From contig NC_045697.1 in assembly GCF_009834535.1 (NCBI RefSeq), positions 62,374,001 through 62,438,000 on the forward strand: DNA of 64,000 nt, in the 5' to 3' direction. Of this stretch, positions 1 to 10,510 are shown in pieces. The notes under the pieces were generated by a model that did not search any database, was not told the origin of the DNA, and saw only the letters and a list, made by a program, of their open reading frames with translations. The first letter of the stretch is position 1; every line of letters starts with the position of its first letter. Made by a program: the position numbers and the translations under genes. The DNA comes from Camelus ferus. Lineage: Eukaryota.

Positions 1-129
1 AGAGCAGGAACCTCCTTTGCTGAGTTCAGCCCCAAAACAGTTCCTGGGATGGAGCAGAAGCTCAGAAACTGAGGTTGACTGACAGAGCCATCCAGGGCTC
101 TTACAAGGTTCTTGTTCGCTGCAGGGAGA

Positions 130-660
130 GATGGTCCCCATAATCGCTTACTCCCATCCTCCACGGGGCGAGGAGCTGGGGGCTAGCAACCACCCCTCCT
201 CTACCTTCCTCCCTCTGCCGCCCCGCTCCCTCATCCATTCCGCCCCTCCCCCTCCTCCTACCAGCCTGGCTCACCCCCCTCCCCTCATCCTCCCTCCTCT
301 TACCGCCCTTCCCTCACCCCACCCTTTGCGTGTCCGAACCGCGGGCGCCCTTCATGTCGCGCGGGCGCCGAAGTACTCAGTGACGGATGGCCAGCCGCGG
401 AGGGAGAACGGGGCTCGCGGCACTGCCTTTGGTCCTGGTGCTTCTGGTCTGGTGGGACTCGGCAGGTAATGCTCACCATTTGGCTGGTTGCCCTAGGACC
501 GGCCAAGGAGTAACCAAAAGGGGTTCTTGGCGCAGCTGCCCCTCCCTGGATCCGGGCATTGGCATCCCTCGGCCGCACCCGTTATTGGCGGTTCCGGGCC
601 GGCCCTGTGGTCCTCAAGGGACGTGAAGTTGAGAGTGCGCAGGGATGGCTTTGTGGAGCC
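130..660. promoter_or_regulatory. CpG/GC-rich island, probable promoter and first-exon region
   Basis: Many CpGs (e.g. ccgcgggcgcc, gtcgcgcgggcgccg) in an otherwise CpG-poor, AT-rich window. C-rich GC-box-like tract at 190-325. Overlaps a candidate ATG and a strong splice donor. Confidence 0.75.
387..465 (+). CDS. Candidate first coding exon, signal-peptide-like MASRGGRTGLAALPLVLVLLVWWDSA
   Basis: ATG at 387 with G at +4. Basic n-region, hydrophobic h-region and small residue at the putative cleavage site. Donor CAG|gtaatg at 465/466, phase 1. Confidence 0.55.
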
Positions 661-770
661 AGCAGCCCTCTTTAGTTCTTCCCAGCATCTTCTTAGTGAC
701 ACCTTGCTTGCTACTCCTTCTCTCTTAAAGTGGATTTTCTGGAGCCCAAAATCAGGAGTTGGGTTTTTAT

Positions 771-938
771 TTTTAGATTTTTTTTTTTTTTTGAAAGGGG
801 AGGGGATTAGGTTTATTTATTCATTCATTCATTCGTTAATTCATTCATTTATTTATTTAAATGGAGGTACTGGGGATTGAACCCAGGACCTTGTGCATGC
901 TAAGCACACACTCTACCACTCAGCTATACCCTTCCCCA
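771..938 (-). mobile_element. tRNA-derived SINE, camelid Vic-type
   Basis: Minus-strand Pol III A box (tagctgagtgg) and B box (ggttcaatccc), (AAT/GAAT)-rich middle and A tail. 17-bp TSD aggag(t/c)tgggtttttat at 754-770 and 939-955. Confidence 0.85.
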
Positions 939-1159
939 AGGAGCTGGGTTTTTATGTACCAAGGGGCCCTACAAAACCTCTGTAGGAGATTTAAAGGAAT
1001 CAGGAACTGTGACTGCCAAGTGCAGTCTGGGGCTTATAAGAAAGGGGATTTAGTCTAGCCAGACTTGACAGCCTTTTAAAATAGAGTTAAAATGGTAACA
1101 CCTAAGGTTAAGTTTTGCGTTTATCACCCTGAGCTGCAGAGGGAAAGAATATAGTGAAA

Positions 1160-1352
1160 TTTTGTTTTTTTGAGTAAAGACAGATTTATTTAGAGAGATA
1201 CATATTGCATAGAGTGTAGGGTGTTTCAAAAGGCAAGAGAAAGGCCACGAGGTGTGGGGGTTGGGTGCTCAGGTTAAAGTAAAAGTATGTACACACTCCA
1301 TAGACAGAGTGTGGGCGGTCTCCTAAAAGGAGGAAGCAAGAGAGAGGTGGCT
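1160..1352 (-). mobile_element. Poly(A)-tailed, 5'-truncated retrocopy of an ERV1 LTR U3-R
   Basis: Homologous to the solo LTR at 38794-39417. Ends in a T run ~14 nt from tttatt. U5 absent. Confidence 0.7.
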
Positions 1353-1646
1353 CATGAATTGTTAAGAGTTACTTCTCTGACTTTTGTTCCACAGCTGTAA
1401 AGTCTTTCCCCAAGTAACCCTGTTAGGGTGGTCAGTCATGGAACCAGTACCAAATGTTTTCTGTATGCCTGCTAGGATAGGTACCAGAACACAACTGAAT
1501 ATCCTTTTTAAGGGTTCTTCAAAAGCTTGGCATCTGAGGGAAAGGGAGAAGATGTGGCCTGTATAAATCACCAACCAGATTTTAAAAATCCCTTATGAAC
1601 AAGAATTGACCTTAATCACATCCTTTAAACTATTTCCTTCTTGCAG

Positions 1647-1690
1647 CCTCTCTGAATGCTCATTTTGGCGAACCTTCAGAATACAGAACA
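1647..1690 (+). CDS. Candidate exon 2, (A)SLNAHFGEPSEYRT
   Basis: Acceptor tttccttcttgcag| and consensus donor ACA|gtaagt. 44 nt, open in the phase left by exon 1, ends phase 0. Confidence 0.55.
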
Positions 1691-1994
1691 GTAAGTAGGA
1701 AACCACTTGTTTTGTCTCAGCTAATACAGTGAAGCCCATGACAGTTTGGTTGGGATGCTGGTTTTCAGGTCTGACCTGCTGCTTTTGAAACTACTGAGTG
1801 CTTCTTTAGCAACCAGATTTGCAGGCAGGCCTTTTGATATATAGATCACAATGTAAATTTGGTTGAAAGTAGGTCAGGCCTTGAAGGCCTAAGGGCTTTG
1901 TTTCCTTCAATATTTCCTTTAATGATTCAGAAAGTCCTAGGCCTAAAAATTACACTTTGTACTAGACATTTTATATATATTGTCAAATTATTTC

Positions 1995-2535
1995 TGTGGA
2001 AGTAAAGAAGACCAACCAAATGAGAACAAGCAAAAGCTAGTTAGAGCTAGATGGAACAAGTGAGTCAGCCAGGCCACCTGCATTTTGGCTGAGATTCAAA
2101 GGCACAGGAGTGGGAAAGCTTTATAATGGGAAGAAGGGAAGACTTCAGGTGTGCCCTGACTGAGGCTGTTGGCATGGGGAAGCTGTAGGTTGTTTAACTA
2201 GATGCAGGCACTATGTGATTGGTTAGGAGTGCATATCTGGTTTTCTCTGATTGGTTGGAAGTTGGAGGCAGGGTCAAAATTTAGGGAAGTTATCACTTAT
2301 TAATCAAGTCCTGGCCATTTTGGGCTGATTGTTACGGAGGTTACTATGTGGATTCCAGGACTTCACTTGAGATAGTCATCTGACTTCTGCCAAGTCTGAC
2401 TTATAGCAGGCTGGCTTCCCGGGTTGGTCATTCTAAACAATGAGTTGGTTTTCTGGGTGGGTTACTACAGGTTGTGGGTCAGAGTTCTGTTTTAATATCT
2501 GATCTGGCACTGTCCACTTTATATTCAGTCTCTCA
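1995..2535. mobile_element. Old ERV1-like LTR
   Basis: TG...CA-bounded ~540-bp segment with LTR-like composition (CCAAT-type gattgg motifs). Family not certain. Confidence 0.5.
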
Positions 2536-2749
2536 ATTCTCACAATGACCTTGTACGATAGACAGATAGATATTATTTTACCTATAGGGATTTGATTTCA
2601 CTGGGTTAGGTAACTTTGAGTATTCAATTCAGTATAGATCTTTTCCAGGAGGCCTTCCCATTCTGTTTTCTTCCTCCAAAGTAAACACAAATACATTTTC
2701 TCTGTGTTACCATTCAACTTATAATGCATCATCAAAATCACCAAGCTAG

Positions 2750-3065
2750 TGTAGGGGAGGAAAAAAATCTTTCCTCTATCCTACTGAGTTCTCAGCCAGG
2801 ACCCAAATAACAAATAACAAATTAACAAGAGAAAAACAACACCTGTTTGTTAACAAGTGCTTGGTGCATATATATGAGAGCATTCAGAGTTGGGTAAATC
2901 AAAGGGGTGGCTTACAACTCTGGCTACTAGCATCTTTAATAAAGAGTAATAAATTTGTAGAGAATGACAGGAAAAAAGAAGATGGATTTAGGCTCTGGGG
3001 GTGGAGGGGCACCCCATCTCGCAGAGACATGACACGGGGTGCGACTCCATCCCCAGTCCTTGCTG

Positions 3066-3098
<33 letters not shown>

Positions 3099-3220
3099 TG
3101 ACAGCTCAGATTCTCTGTGCCCTGGTTGATTGAGAGCCCTGGTTCCTTATGTTCTGGGTTGTTCCTTTCAGTTTCCTCTTCCCCTGCCCAGTGCTGATTC
3201 CTAGCTAAACTACCTACATT
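2750..3220 (-). mobile_element. ERV1-type LTR sequence with internal (TGAT)n microsatellite (3067-3096)
   Basis: Left end resembles the element at 49753-50246. Right end abuts a polypurine tract (agaggggggaa-TGTAG on the minus strand). Confidence 0.5.
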
Positions 3221-5980
3221 CCCCCCTCTAGTCATAGGGCCCCGAATCTTGGGGATGTAGAGAGCGAGGACCACTCTAGCTACTTCCTACTGATCTGGGG
3301 CAGTGATGGAGCTCGTTGGGGTACCAGACTAGCTGACTGTCCTTGGTCAGGATGTGGGCAAAAGGTTGGTGTTCACTGAGGGGCTTGTATATAAGTGGTC
3401 TTGGCTGATTTGTTGATTACCTTGTTATATCATCATTTGAAGTTTATCTCTAGAGGAGAAGAAACACTTTTCATAAGAAGGATGAAAAGATAGAGTTCAA
3501 ATATATAGAGCTAATCCTAGCCAAAGGACGAAAGGGGCAAACAAGGTTCTTCTTATAAACCATTGATTTCTGTGCTTTCTGTTGGTTTAGGTTTTAGAAA
3601 GCAGATGTTGCAGTGTTAGTCCAGTGAACTAAAGGAGGAGTAAAAAGCAGGACCCTAATGTCAGAGACATTTTAAATTAGTATTAAAACAGTTTGCTGGG
3701 GGCCCTAAAAGAGAAACGATTTGAACCAGGAGACATTTAAGAAAGGGATTTATCTAACAGGGATCCATAGTCTCCTAGGGCGATGGAAGAGTCTCACTGG
3801 AGTGTTGCTTGGAAAGCAGTCGCAGATTGCTAAGAGGTTCACAAGAATATATGGCTCCCATTGGTGAACCAGATCTCACCAGGGTTTTCCAGGGGTTGGT
3901 CGCTGAGACCTGTTCTAGCTCCTAGAGAAATGGATAGGGTCTCATGACATACGTGAAAGGGAAGAGACTTGTCAGGTGATGGTAATAGTGTAGCATGATT
4001 GAGTGTCCCACAAAAAAAGACAGTGACGTCTGGGTTTTCCAGTAATAATGCCTGATATTTAAGAAGCCAAGCATCTGAGAGCCAGAAATGTCTCCTGCCT
4101 TTTAAAAGGTCAGAAACTTGATGGTTAGCATATGCTTGTATAGGGGCCCCCAGAGTTAGCTTAAAAGCTTCCTCCAGGAGAGTGGAGAGGGCTCCCAACA
4201 CTCTTAGGCAGGAAGGCCAGCCTCAAGCAGTGGGGTCTAGCCACTTGGAGAGGTATCCCGTAGGCTGTTGGGTAGGACCCAGCCGTTGGGTGAGGACCCC
4301 CAACGCTATTCCTCCTCTCTCATGAACATAGAACTGGAAGGGCCTTGTGGGATCTGGAAGCCCCTGAGGCCAGGGATCTTACTAGGAGATTTTTTCGTTC
4401 TTCCACTGCTTCCTGTTGGGAAGGATGCCACTGGAGAGGTACTGAGTCATCCTTACCCTTTAAGTTGTCATATAGAAGTTGGGCTCTAGACTCATAACTA
4501 GAGACCAGAGCCTATGGTAAACCGTTAGTCCGAGAAATGCCCTGAGCTGTTTTCTAGTAGTGGGATTAGGGAGTTGTAAGATTCCCTCAATTCATTCAGG
4601 GGAAATGCTGTGGTTTCCAGGAGTCAGAACAACTCCTAGGTAAGTTACCTCTTGTTTGTCCATTTTGGCCTTGGACTTGGAAACTAGATACCCCTGCTCG
4701 GCCAAGAGTTAAGAGTTTGGATTCCATGTTGGATGGCCTGTTCTCGAGTAAGGGAGAGGTAAGTAAGTCATATATTGTTTTCGATTAGGGAACCAGGTAG
4801 GATCTTTGAGGGAGATGACATCCGGAGCAGCCGTCTTTGCTCGCCCTGGGATATCTTGATCCAAGACAACAGGATTAATTTTATTCTCCCAGGCCTCTGG
4901 GTCTGGAGGTCTTTCTCCTTCCCCAGAGAGCAGTAAGAGTTGTAAAAAGGTGGAAGTTTGGGGATTTTCTCCCAGGATAACTCGGGTTCCCAACTTGTAA
5001 AGAAGATCTTGGCCTTAATGGGGGCTAGGGCATTCTGGCAAGCATAAGAAAGAATGTGCGAATGAGCGTTCATCCCATAAACAACAAAGGGGATGAGTAA
5101 AGAATCTTAAGGCCGGCTGACCTGTGACTCCCATGATGGTATAGAATCTAGAGGAGAAGGGTCCAGAGAAGGAAGGTGGGACAGAGTCGGTGGTCCCGGT
5201 ATCCAAAAAAATGTGATTGTCCTACCTGCCGCATCCATTTGCATCCATGGCTCCAGCCCAGTGATGAAGATCTCTTGTGCTGGGGCTGACTGGAGGGGGT
5301 TTCTTCAGTCTCAGACAACCATTTGCAGGTCGCAGGCCACTTATCCCCCACAGGCCATTTGGCTCGAGGGACAGAGGGCTACCCAATGACCTTGCTTTTT
5401 ACACCAAAAACAGGCAGATCTTGAACATTTGTCCTTATGGGGACATTTCTTGGCCCATTGACCAGGTCAGCGGCAGATGTTGTATTTTTCATCAGGCTTG
5501 TCTCAGGCTGCTGGGGGCCGAGGATTTAGGGGTTGTGGCTGCCCTTGAAGGGCTATAATCACTTGGGCAGGCCTGGCCTCTTTCCTTCTTTCCTTCTCCT
5601 GAGCCTTGGCCTCTTGTACCTGATCGCAATTTAAAAAAAAAACCTGTGGCAGCAATGGTTCACATTTATCAAGTTACTCTGGGTTCCTGGATTGCCTTTT
5701 GGAGTTTTTATCTACTACTGGGGGCAGATTGGGTGAGAAATTTATCCTTTAAGATGGTTTGTGGCTGCCACCCGCCCCCCTTCAGAGATGGCCCACATTC
5801 TATCTATGAAGTGTGTACCTACTTTTACTCTACTCTGAGCACACAACCCCACACCTCGTGGCCTTTCTTTTGCCTCTTGATGGATCTCTAAATAACTCTA
5901 TCTATACTGAAACAAACAAACAAAAAAGATGATTGGTCCCCAGTATGAGCTGAAGTCTAAGTTTGACAGGTCTGGAGTTC
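3220..5980 (-). mobile_element. Internally deleted class I (gamma-like, ERV-H/F-like) endogenous retrovirus: gag-pro-pol remnants plus env 3' end
   Basis: Minus-strand translations: gag IILKDKFLTQSAP, two decayed CCHC knuckles (~5360-5490), protease LDTG...HSFLCLPECP (5015-5210), RT start WDQDIPGRAK-like...LKDPTWFPNRKQY, connection/RNase H start LLKYQALLLENP...NHATLLP...WFTNGS (3839-4260), env-TM-like tail, and a PPT at ~3220-3230. Confidence 0.9.
5763..5925 (+). mobile_element. A-tailed retrocopy of the same ERV1 LTR U3-R, inserted into the ERV gag
   Basis: Homologous to 38794-39417 in the opposite orientation, with an A-rich tail. 12-bp TSD aagatggtttgt / aagatgattggt (5751-5762, 5926-5937). 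gag continues on both sides. Confidence 0.75.
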
Positions 5981-5984
5981 TATG

Positions 5985-6283
5985 TACATGTCTATAATCT
6001 ACCTGTTTTATATGTAGATATATCATATTATATATGTATATATAATATATAATATACGCATGCATTATATTTTATACATGTATATATGTTATAATACATG
6101 TGTGCATACACACATATATTATATATTTACATTGTATATTTACATAATACACAGACATGTATACATTATATATAATAGATATATATCCATACACTGACAT
6201 GTGTATGGATATACAGATATATAATATACATATTATATGTATATATACACACACATACATATTATATAACATACATGTTATAT

Positions 6284-6320
<37 letters not shown>
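5985..6320. repeat. (TA)-rich low-complexity tract followed by (CA)n
   Basis: Directly visible. Confidence 0.95.
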
Positions 6321-6324
<4 letters not shown>

Positions 6325-6580
6325 CTGTGTGTTTAGGTGCACCCATAAAAGAAACCTACAATACGGGTACACATCCATACCCAGGCCTGTATATGGATGT
6401 GCTGCCCCTTTAATAGACACATGGTATGGGGGCACTTGGCCTCCAACCCCAAGCCTGTGTCTGGATGGGCACCCATTCTCATAGACACATGATAAGGCTG
6501 CACTTCATCTCCATCCGGGCCTGGGGGTGGAGGAACACCCTGTCTCATACACACATGACATGGGGTGCGCCTCTACCCTC
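6320..6580. repeat. Degenerate minisatellite, ~65-68-bp unit, about 4 copies
   Basis: Recurring cc(a/g)gcctg...tgga...ccc...ata(g/c)acacatg...gcac units. Confidence 0.6.
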
Positions 6581-6631
6581 AGTATTCTCAAGTTAAACAC
6601 GATGAAATAAAATCTTTGTCACCTTCTCCAG

Positions 6632-6751
6632 GTTAATTTAACTGCAAAAAGACCCCAGCTTATGAAACAGGAAATTAATTTAGATGATTTCTTAGACATA
6701 CTTCAGCTTTTACATTACAGTACTTTTTATCAACAACATACAGTGTTTTAG
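6632..6751 (+). CDS. Candidate exon 3, VNLTAKRPQLMKQEINLDDFLDILQLLHYSTFYQQHTVF*
   Basis: Acceptor ctttgtcaccttctccag|. Phase 0 matches exon 2. Open for 39 codons, then TAG directly before donor |gtagat. Confidence 0.4.
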   Translation, partial: VNLTAKRPQLMKQEINLDDFLDILQLLHYSTFYQQHTVF

Positions 6752-7374
6752 GTAGATGAAAGAAAATAAATCCGTTTAAGATTAGAATTATTCATGGGAA
6801 TTATAAGCAGCTGGTGAGGAGTAGTGTGAGAGAGTAAGGAATTATCGGCTATGGGAGTATAGATGTAGAAACTTGTCTAATTCATCTTAGCATATTAAAA
6901 GCCCAAGTGAGCAGAATTCAAAGCAGCTCAGTTCTTTGGGATATCTTGTTTGAGTCTGAATCCTGTTTATGTTTCAATTCAATGCCACTGTATTTGACAA
7001 TAACATCATTAATAATGTCATGATTATCTCTAGGCTATTTTAACGCACTATATACAGTGTTGGCATTCTCTATTGATTATGACTTGCCCAGGATTTAGTT
7101 ATCTGTCATCACTGTATAGTTAAATAACAGTAAGTTTTGAATTCAACAGGAATATAAGCAGTAATCTGGAAGCAAGTAAGAATGATTTTCAAGCAATACT
7201 TAGGCACATATAATAAGAATATCTCTTAAAGGTACAGTCATACACCAAAAGAAGGGGTGATTATCTCTGAATTTTTTTTAGTAGGTAGTTTATTGTTTTT
7301 CTTCCATTGTGTTTGTCTGAAGTTCTCTGCATTGAGCATGCAATCATGTGTTACGTTTGTCATTTTCTTTGTTT

Positions 7375-8384
7375 CTTTTCTCCCAGCTTTATTAAAGTGT
7401 AGTTGACAAATAAAAATTGTATACATTTAAGGTATACAACATGGTTTGATATATGTGTACACTGAGAAATGATTGCCAAAATCAAGCTAATTAACACATC
7501 TGTTGTTTTGTATACTTACCTTTGTTTGTGTGATGAGAACACTTAAGGTCTAGTTTCAGCAAAGTTCAAGTGTAAAATACATTATTATTAACTACAGTCA
7601 CCATGTTGCATGTTAAACCCCCCAGAACTTATTCATTTTATAAATGAAAGTTTGTACCCTTGGACCAACATCTCTCCATTTCCTGACCTCCCTCGACCCA
7701 CGACTTGGCAACTATCATTCTGCCCTCCACTCCTATGAGTTTGACTTTTCTAGATTTCATCTGTAAGTGAGATCATATATTAGTTATCTTTCTATGTCTG
7801 GCTTATTTCACTTAGCATAATGTCCTCCAGGCTGATCTATGATGTTGCAAATGGCAGGATTTTCTTCTTTTTTAAAGCTAATAATATTCACATATATACT
7901 TCTTTATACATATCACATTTTCCTTATCCACTCATCCATCAACATTGACAGACATTTAGGTTTTTCCCATATCTTGGCTACTGTGAATAATGCTGCAATA
8001 AGCATGGGAGTGCCAATGTATCTTTGGAATATTGATTTTATTTCTTTTGGATACACAACCAGAAGTGGGATTGCTGGATCATAAGGTAGTTCTATTTTTA
8101 ATTTTTTAAAGGAAACTTCATACTGTTTTCCAATGGCTGCACCAATTTACATTCCCACCAACAGTCCCTTTTCTTTACACCTTTGCCAACCCTCAATTAT
8201 CTCTTGTCTTTTTGATGATATCCATTTGGACAGGTGTGAGGTGGTATCTCATTTTGGTTTTGATTTGCATTTTCCTGATGATTAGTAATGTTGAGCACCC
8301 TTTTAATGTTACCTGTTGGCCATTTGTACATTTTGTTTGGAGAAATGTCTATTCAGGTCATTTGCCCATTTTTCAGTTGAGTTA

Positions 8385-8422
<38 letters not shown>

Positions 8423-9040
8423 GTGTTTTGTTTTATTTTGCTATTGAGTTGTATGAGTTCCTTATATGCTTTGGCTATTAACCCCTTATCAGTTATGAAC
8501 TGCAAATATTTTCTCCCATTCCATAGGTTGCCTTTTCAATGGTTGATTGTTTCCTTTGCTGTGAAGAAGCTTTTTAGTTTCATATAGTTCCATTTGTTTA
8601 TTTTTGCTTTTGTTGCCCTGCTTTTGGAACATTTCCAAAAAAAAAAAAAAAAAAATCACCAAGGCTAATGTCATGAAGCTTTTTCTATGTTTCCTTCTGG
8701 AATTTTTATGGTTCAGATATAATATTTAAGTCTTTAATCTATTTTGAGTTAATTTTTGTGAATGGTGTAAGACAAGGGTCCAGTTTCATTCTTTTGCATG
8801 TGTATATCCAGTTTTCCCAACACTATTTATTAAAGAGACTATCCTTCCCCCATTGTGTGTTCTTGGCAACTTTGTCAAAGATGAGTTGATTGTATATGAG
8901 TGGATTTATTTCTGGGCTCTTGATTCTATTCCACTGGTCTATGTATATGCTTTTATGCCAGTACCATACTGTTTTGATTACTATGTCCTTGCAATACAGT
9001 TTGAAAACAGGAAATGTGAGGCCTCCACATCTATCATTTT
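7375..9040 (-). mobile_element. L1 3' end (ORF2 C-terminus and 3'UTR), L1MA/MB-like, with internal (TG)n and A run
   Basis: Minus-strand ORF2 motifs [36 protein letters not shown] and KRQPMEWEKIFA. Confidence 0.9.
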
Positions 9041-9302
9041 CTGAATGTGATTTTAAAGGGCCCAGTCTCCCTTGTTGAATCGAAACTGCAGCATGGCTGC
9101 TACAGAAGCTACTGTGTCTTCGTGGGCAGGTCTGCAGCACCTCTTACTATTCTGAGAAATGTCCAGAGTCATCTACATGCAGTTCCAGATAACAATACAA
9201 AATCTCTGGAATAATGTGATGATGCCAGCCTATAATTAATCATTTTTGCATTTAGGGAAAAGTTAGAAGAAGGTAGGAAATTCCAAAGGTAGCTACTGAT
9301 TA

Positions 9303-9396
9303 GTTTAAGACTTTACAGAGAGTAGCTGTGAGTACCAGGAACAAGGAAGGTTTAAGACTTTACAGAGAGTAGCTGTGAGTACCAGGAACAAGGAAG
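9303..9396. repeat. Perfect 47-bp tandem duplication
   Basis: gtttaagactttacagagagtagctgtgagtaccaggaacaaggaag x2 (9303-9349, 9350-9396). Confidence 0.95.
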
Positions 9397-10069
9397 GTGG
9401 GAAGGGCCTGGAGAAAGTTTCACATTTGATTTAACAGATTTTGACCTTAGGAAAGTCAGACACTTACAGACAAATACCTGTGTCAGTATGCAACCATATT
9501 CATGCCCAGAAATAGGATGGCTATGGTCCTGTTTCTCAATAATACCATTTATTCTGGCAACACTTAGTTCCTTGGGCCTGTGACCTTCACTGTGCTCTTG
9601 GTTTTTGTCCCTCTCTCCCTTTCCCCCACCTCCCTCTTTTTCTTCTTTCCTTTCGCCTCTCTTTGTCCCTTAATAATTATGTGCTGCTCACAAAATAAGA
9701 GAAGATGGTAAGTTCAGATTTGTAACTGCTGGGTGTGTGATGTCTTTGTGTTTTTTATTTAGCCAACTCTTAATTTATTCATTTGACAAGCATTTATTTG
9801 CTAATAACGACTAACACATAATTATTGTCATAGGGATGGTCTGCTTAGTAAATAGTAATTAAGAAAAGAAAGTAAAATTCAGACACAGTCTCTGCCTTTT
9901 AGGAAGTTTACAGTCTAGCAGAAGGGACTGCGAGTAAACAAATAATCACCCCAAATAGTTGTTATTACAAATTGGCAGGACTGCTATGACAGAATAGGAG
10001 AAGTAAATGAGGCTGAGGTTGCCTAGAAAAGATTTCCCTTAGGATGTGACATTGAATCTGAGACTTGAA

Positions 10070-10140
10070 GCAGGGGCTCTCAACCAGGGCAATTTTGACA
10101 ATGTCTGGAAGCATTTTTGTTTGTCACAACAGGAGCAGGG
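10070..10140. mobile_element. MER20-like DNA transposon fragment
   Basis: cagggg.tctcaacc...ggcaattttg...caatgtctgga..catttttg.ttgtcacaac, recalled consensus. Confidence 0.6.
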
Positions 10141-10239
10141 AGGGTTTATATTTTCTGATCATGTCATGAGGCTTTGGTTTATATCTATAACAGGAATATT
10201 TTCAAAATAAAAAAGAACCTATTCTAAAAAGTGAAGTAA

Positions 10240-10510
10240 GTGAGGGAGATTAAGAGATGCAAACTTTTGGTTGCGAAATAAGTGAGTCACAGGAATGAAA
10301 TGTACAGTATAGGGAATATAGTCATGCATGGTGACAGGTGGTAATTAGACTTACTGTGGTGATCGTGTTGAAATGTGTACACTGTATAGTGTAATAGGAA
10401 CTAGCATAGTGTTGTAGGTCAATTATACCTCAAATACAAACAAGCAAACAAACTCAGAGAGATCAGATTTGTGGTTAGCAGAGGTGCGGGAAGGGTAACT
10501 GGATGAAGGC
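10240..10510 (+). mobile_element. L1 3'UTR fragment
   Basis: aaataagtgagtcacagg...tgtacag.ataggg.aatatagtc...gtcaattatacctcaa, typical laurasiatherian L1 tail. Confidence 0.65.

Noticed and set aside
131..880. Overlapping Pro/Gly/Arg-rich ORFs (131-469, 300-578, 527-880)
   Set aside because: Expected by chance in GC-rich island sequence; 527-880 runs into a SINE.
771..938. tRNA gene
   Set aside because: The A and B boxes belong to a SINE with tail and TSD; there is no complete cloverleaf.
3220..5937. Twin-primed (5'-inverted) L1 retrotransposition of the whole ERV
   Set aside because: The + strand A-tailed LTR piece has its own TSD and gag continues beyond it, so it is a separate later insertion.
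6072..6484. ORFs rich in CV/HT/YI repeats
   Set aside because: Translations of (TA)n/(CA)n microsatellites.
9059..9240. Possible exon immediately after the L1
   Set aside because: Exon-like composition, but no convincing donor or unambiguous frame, so it is not listed as a feature.
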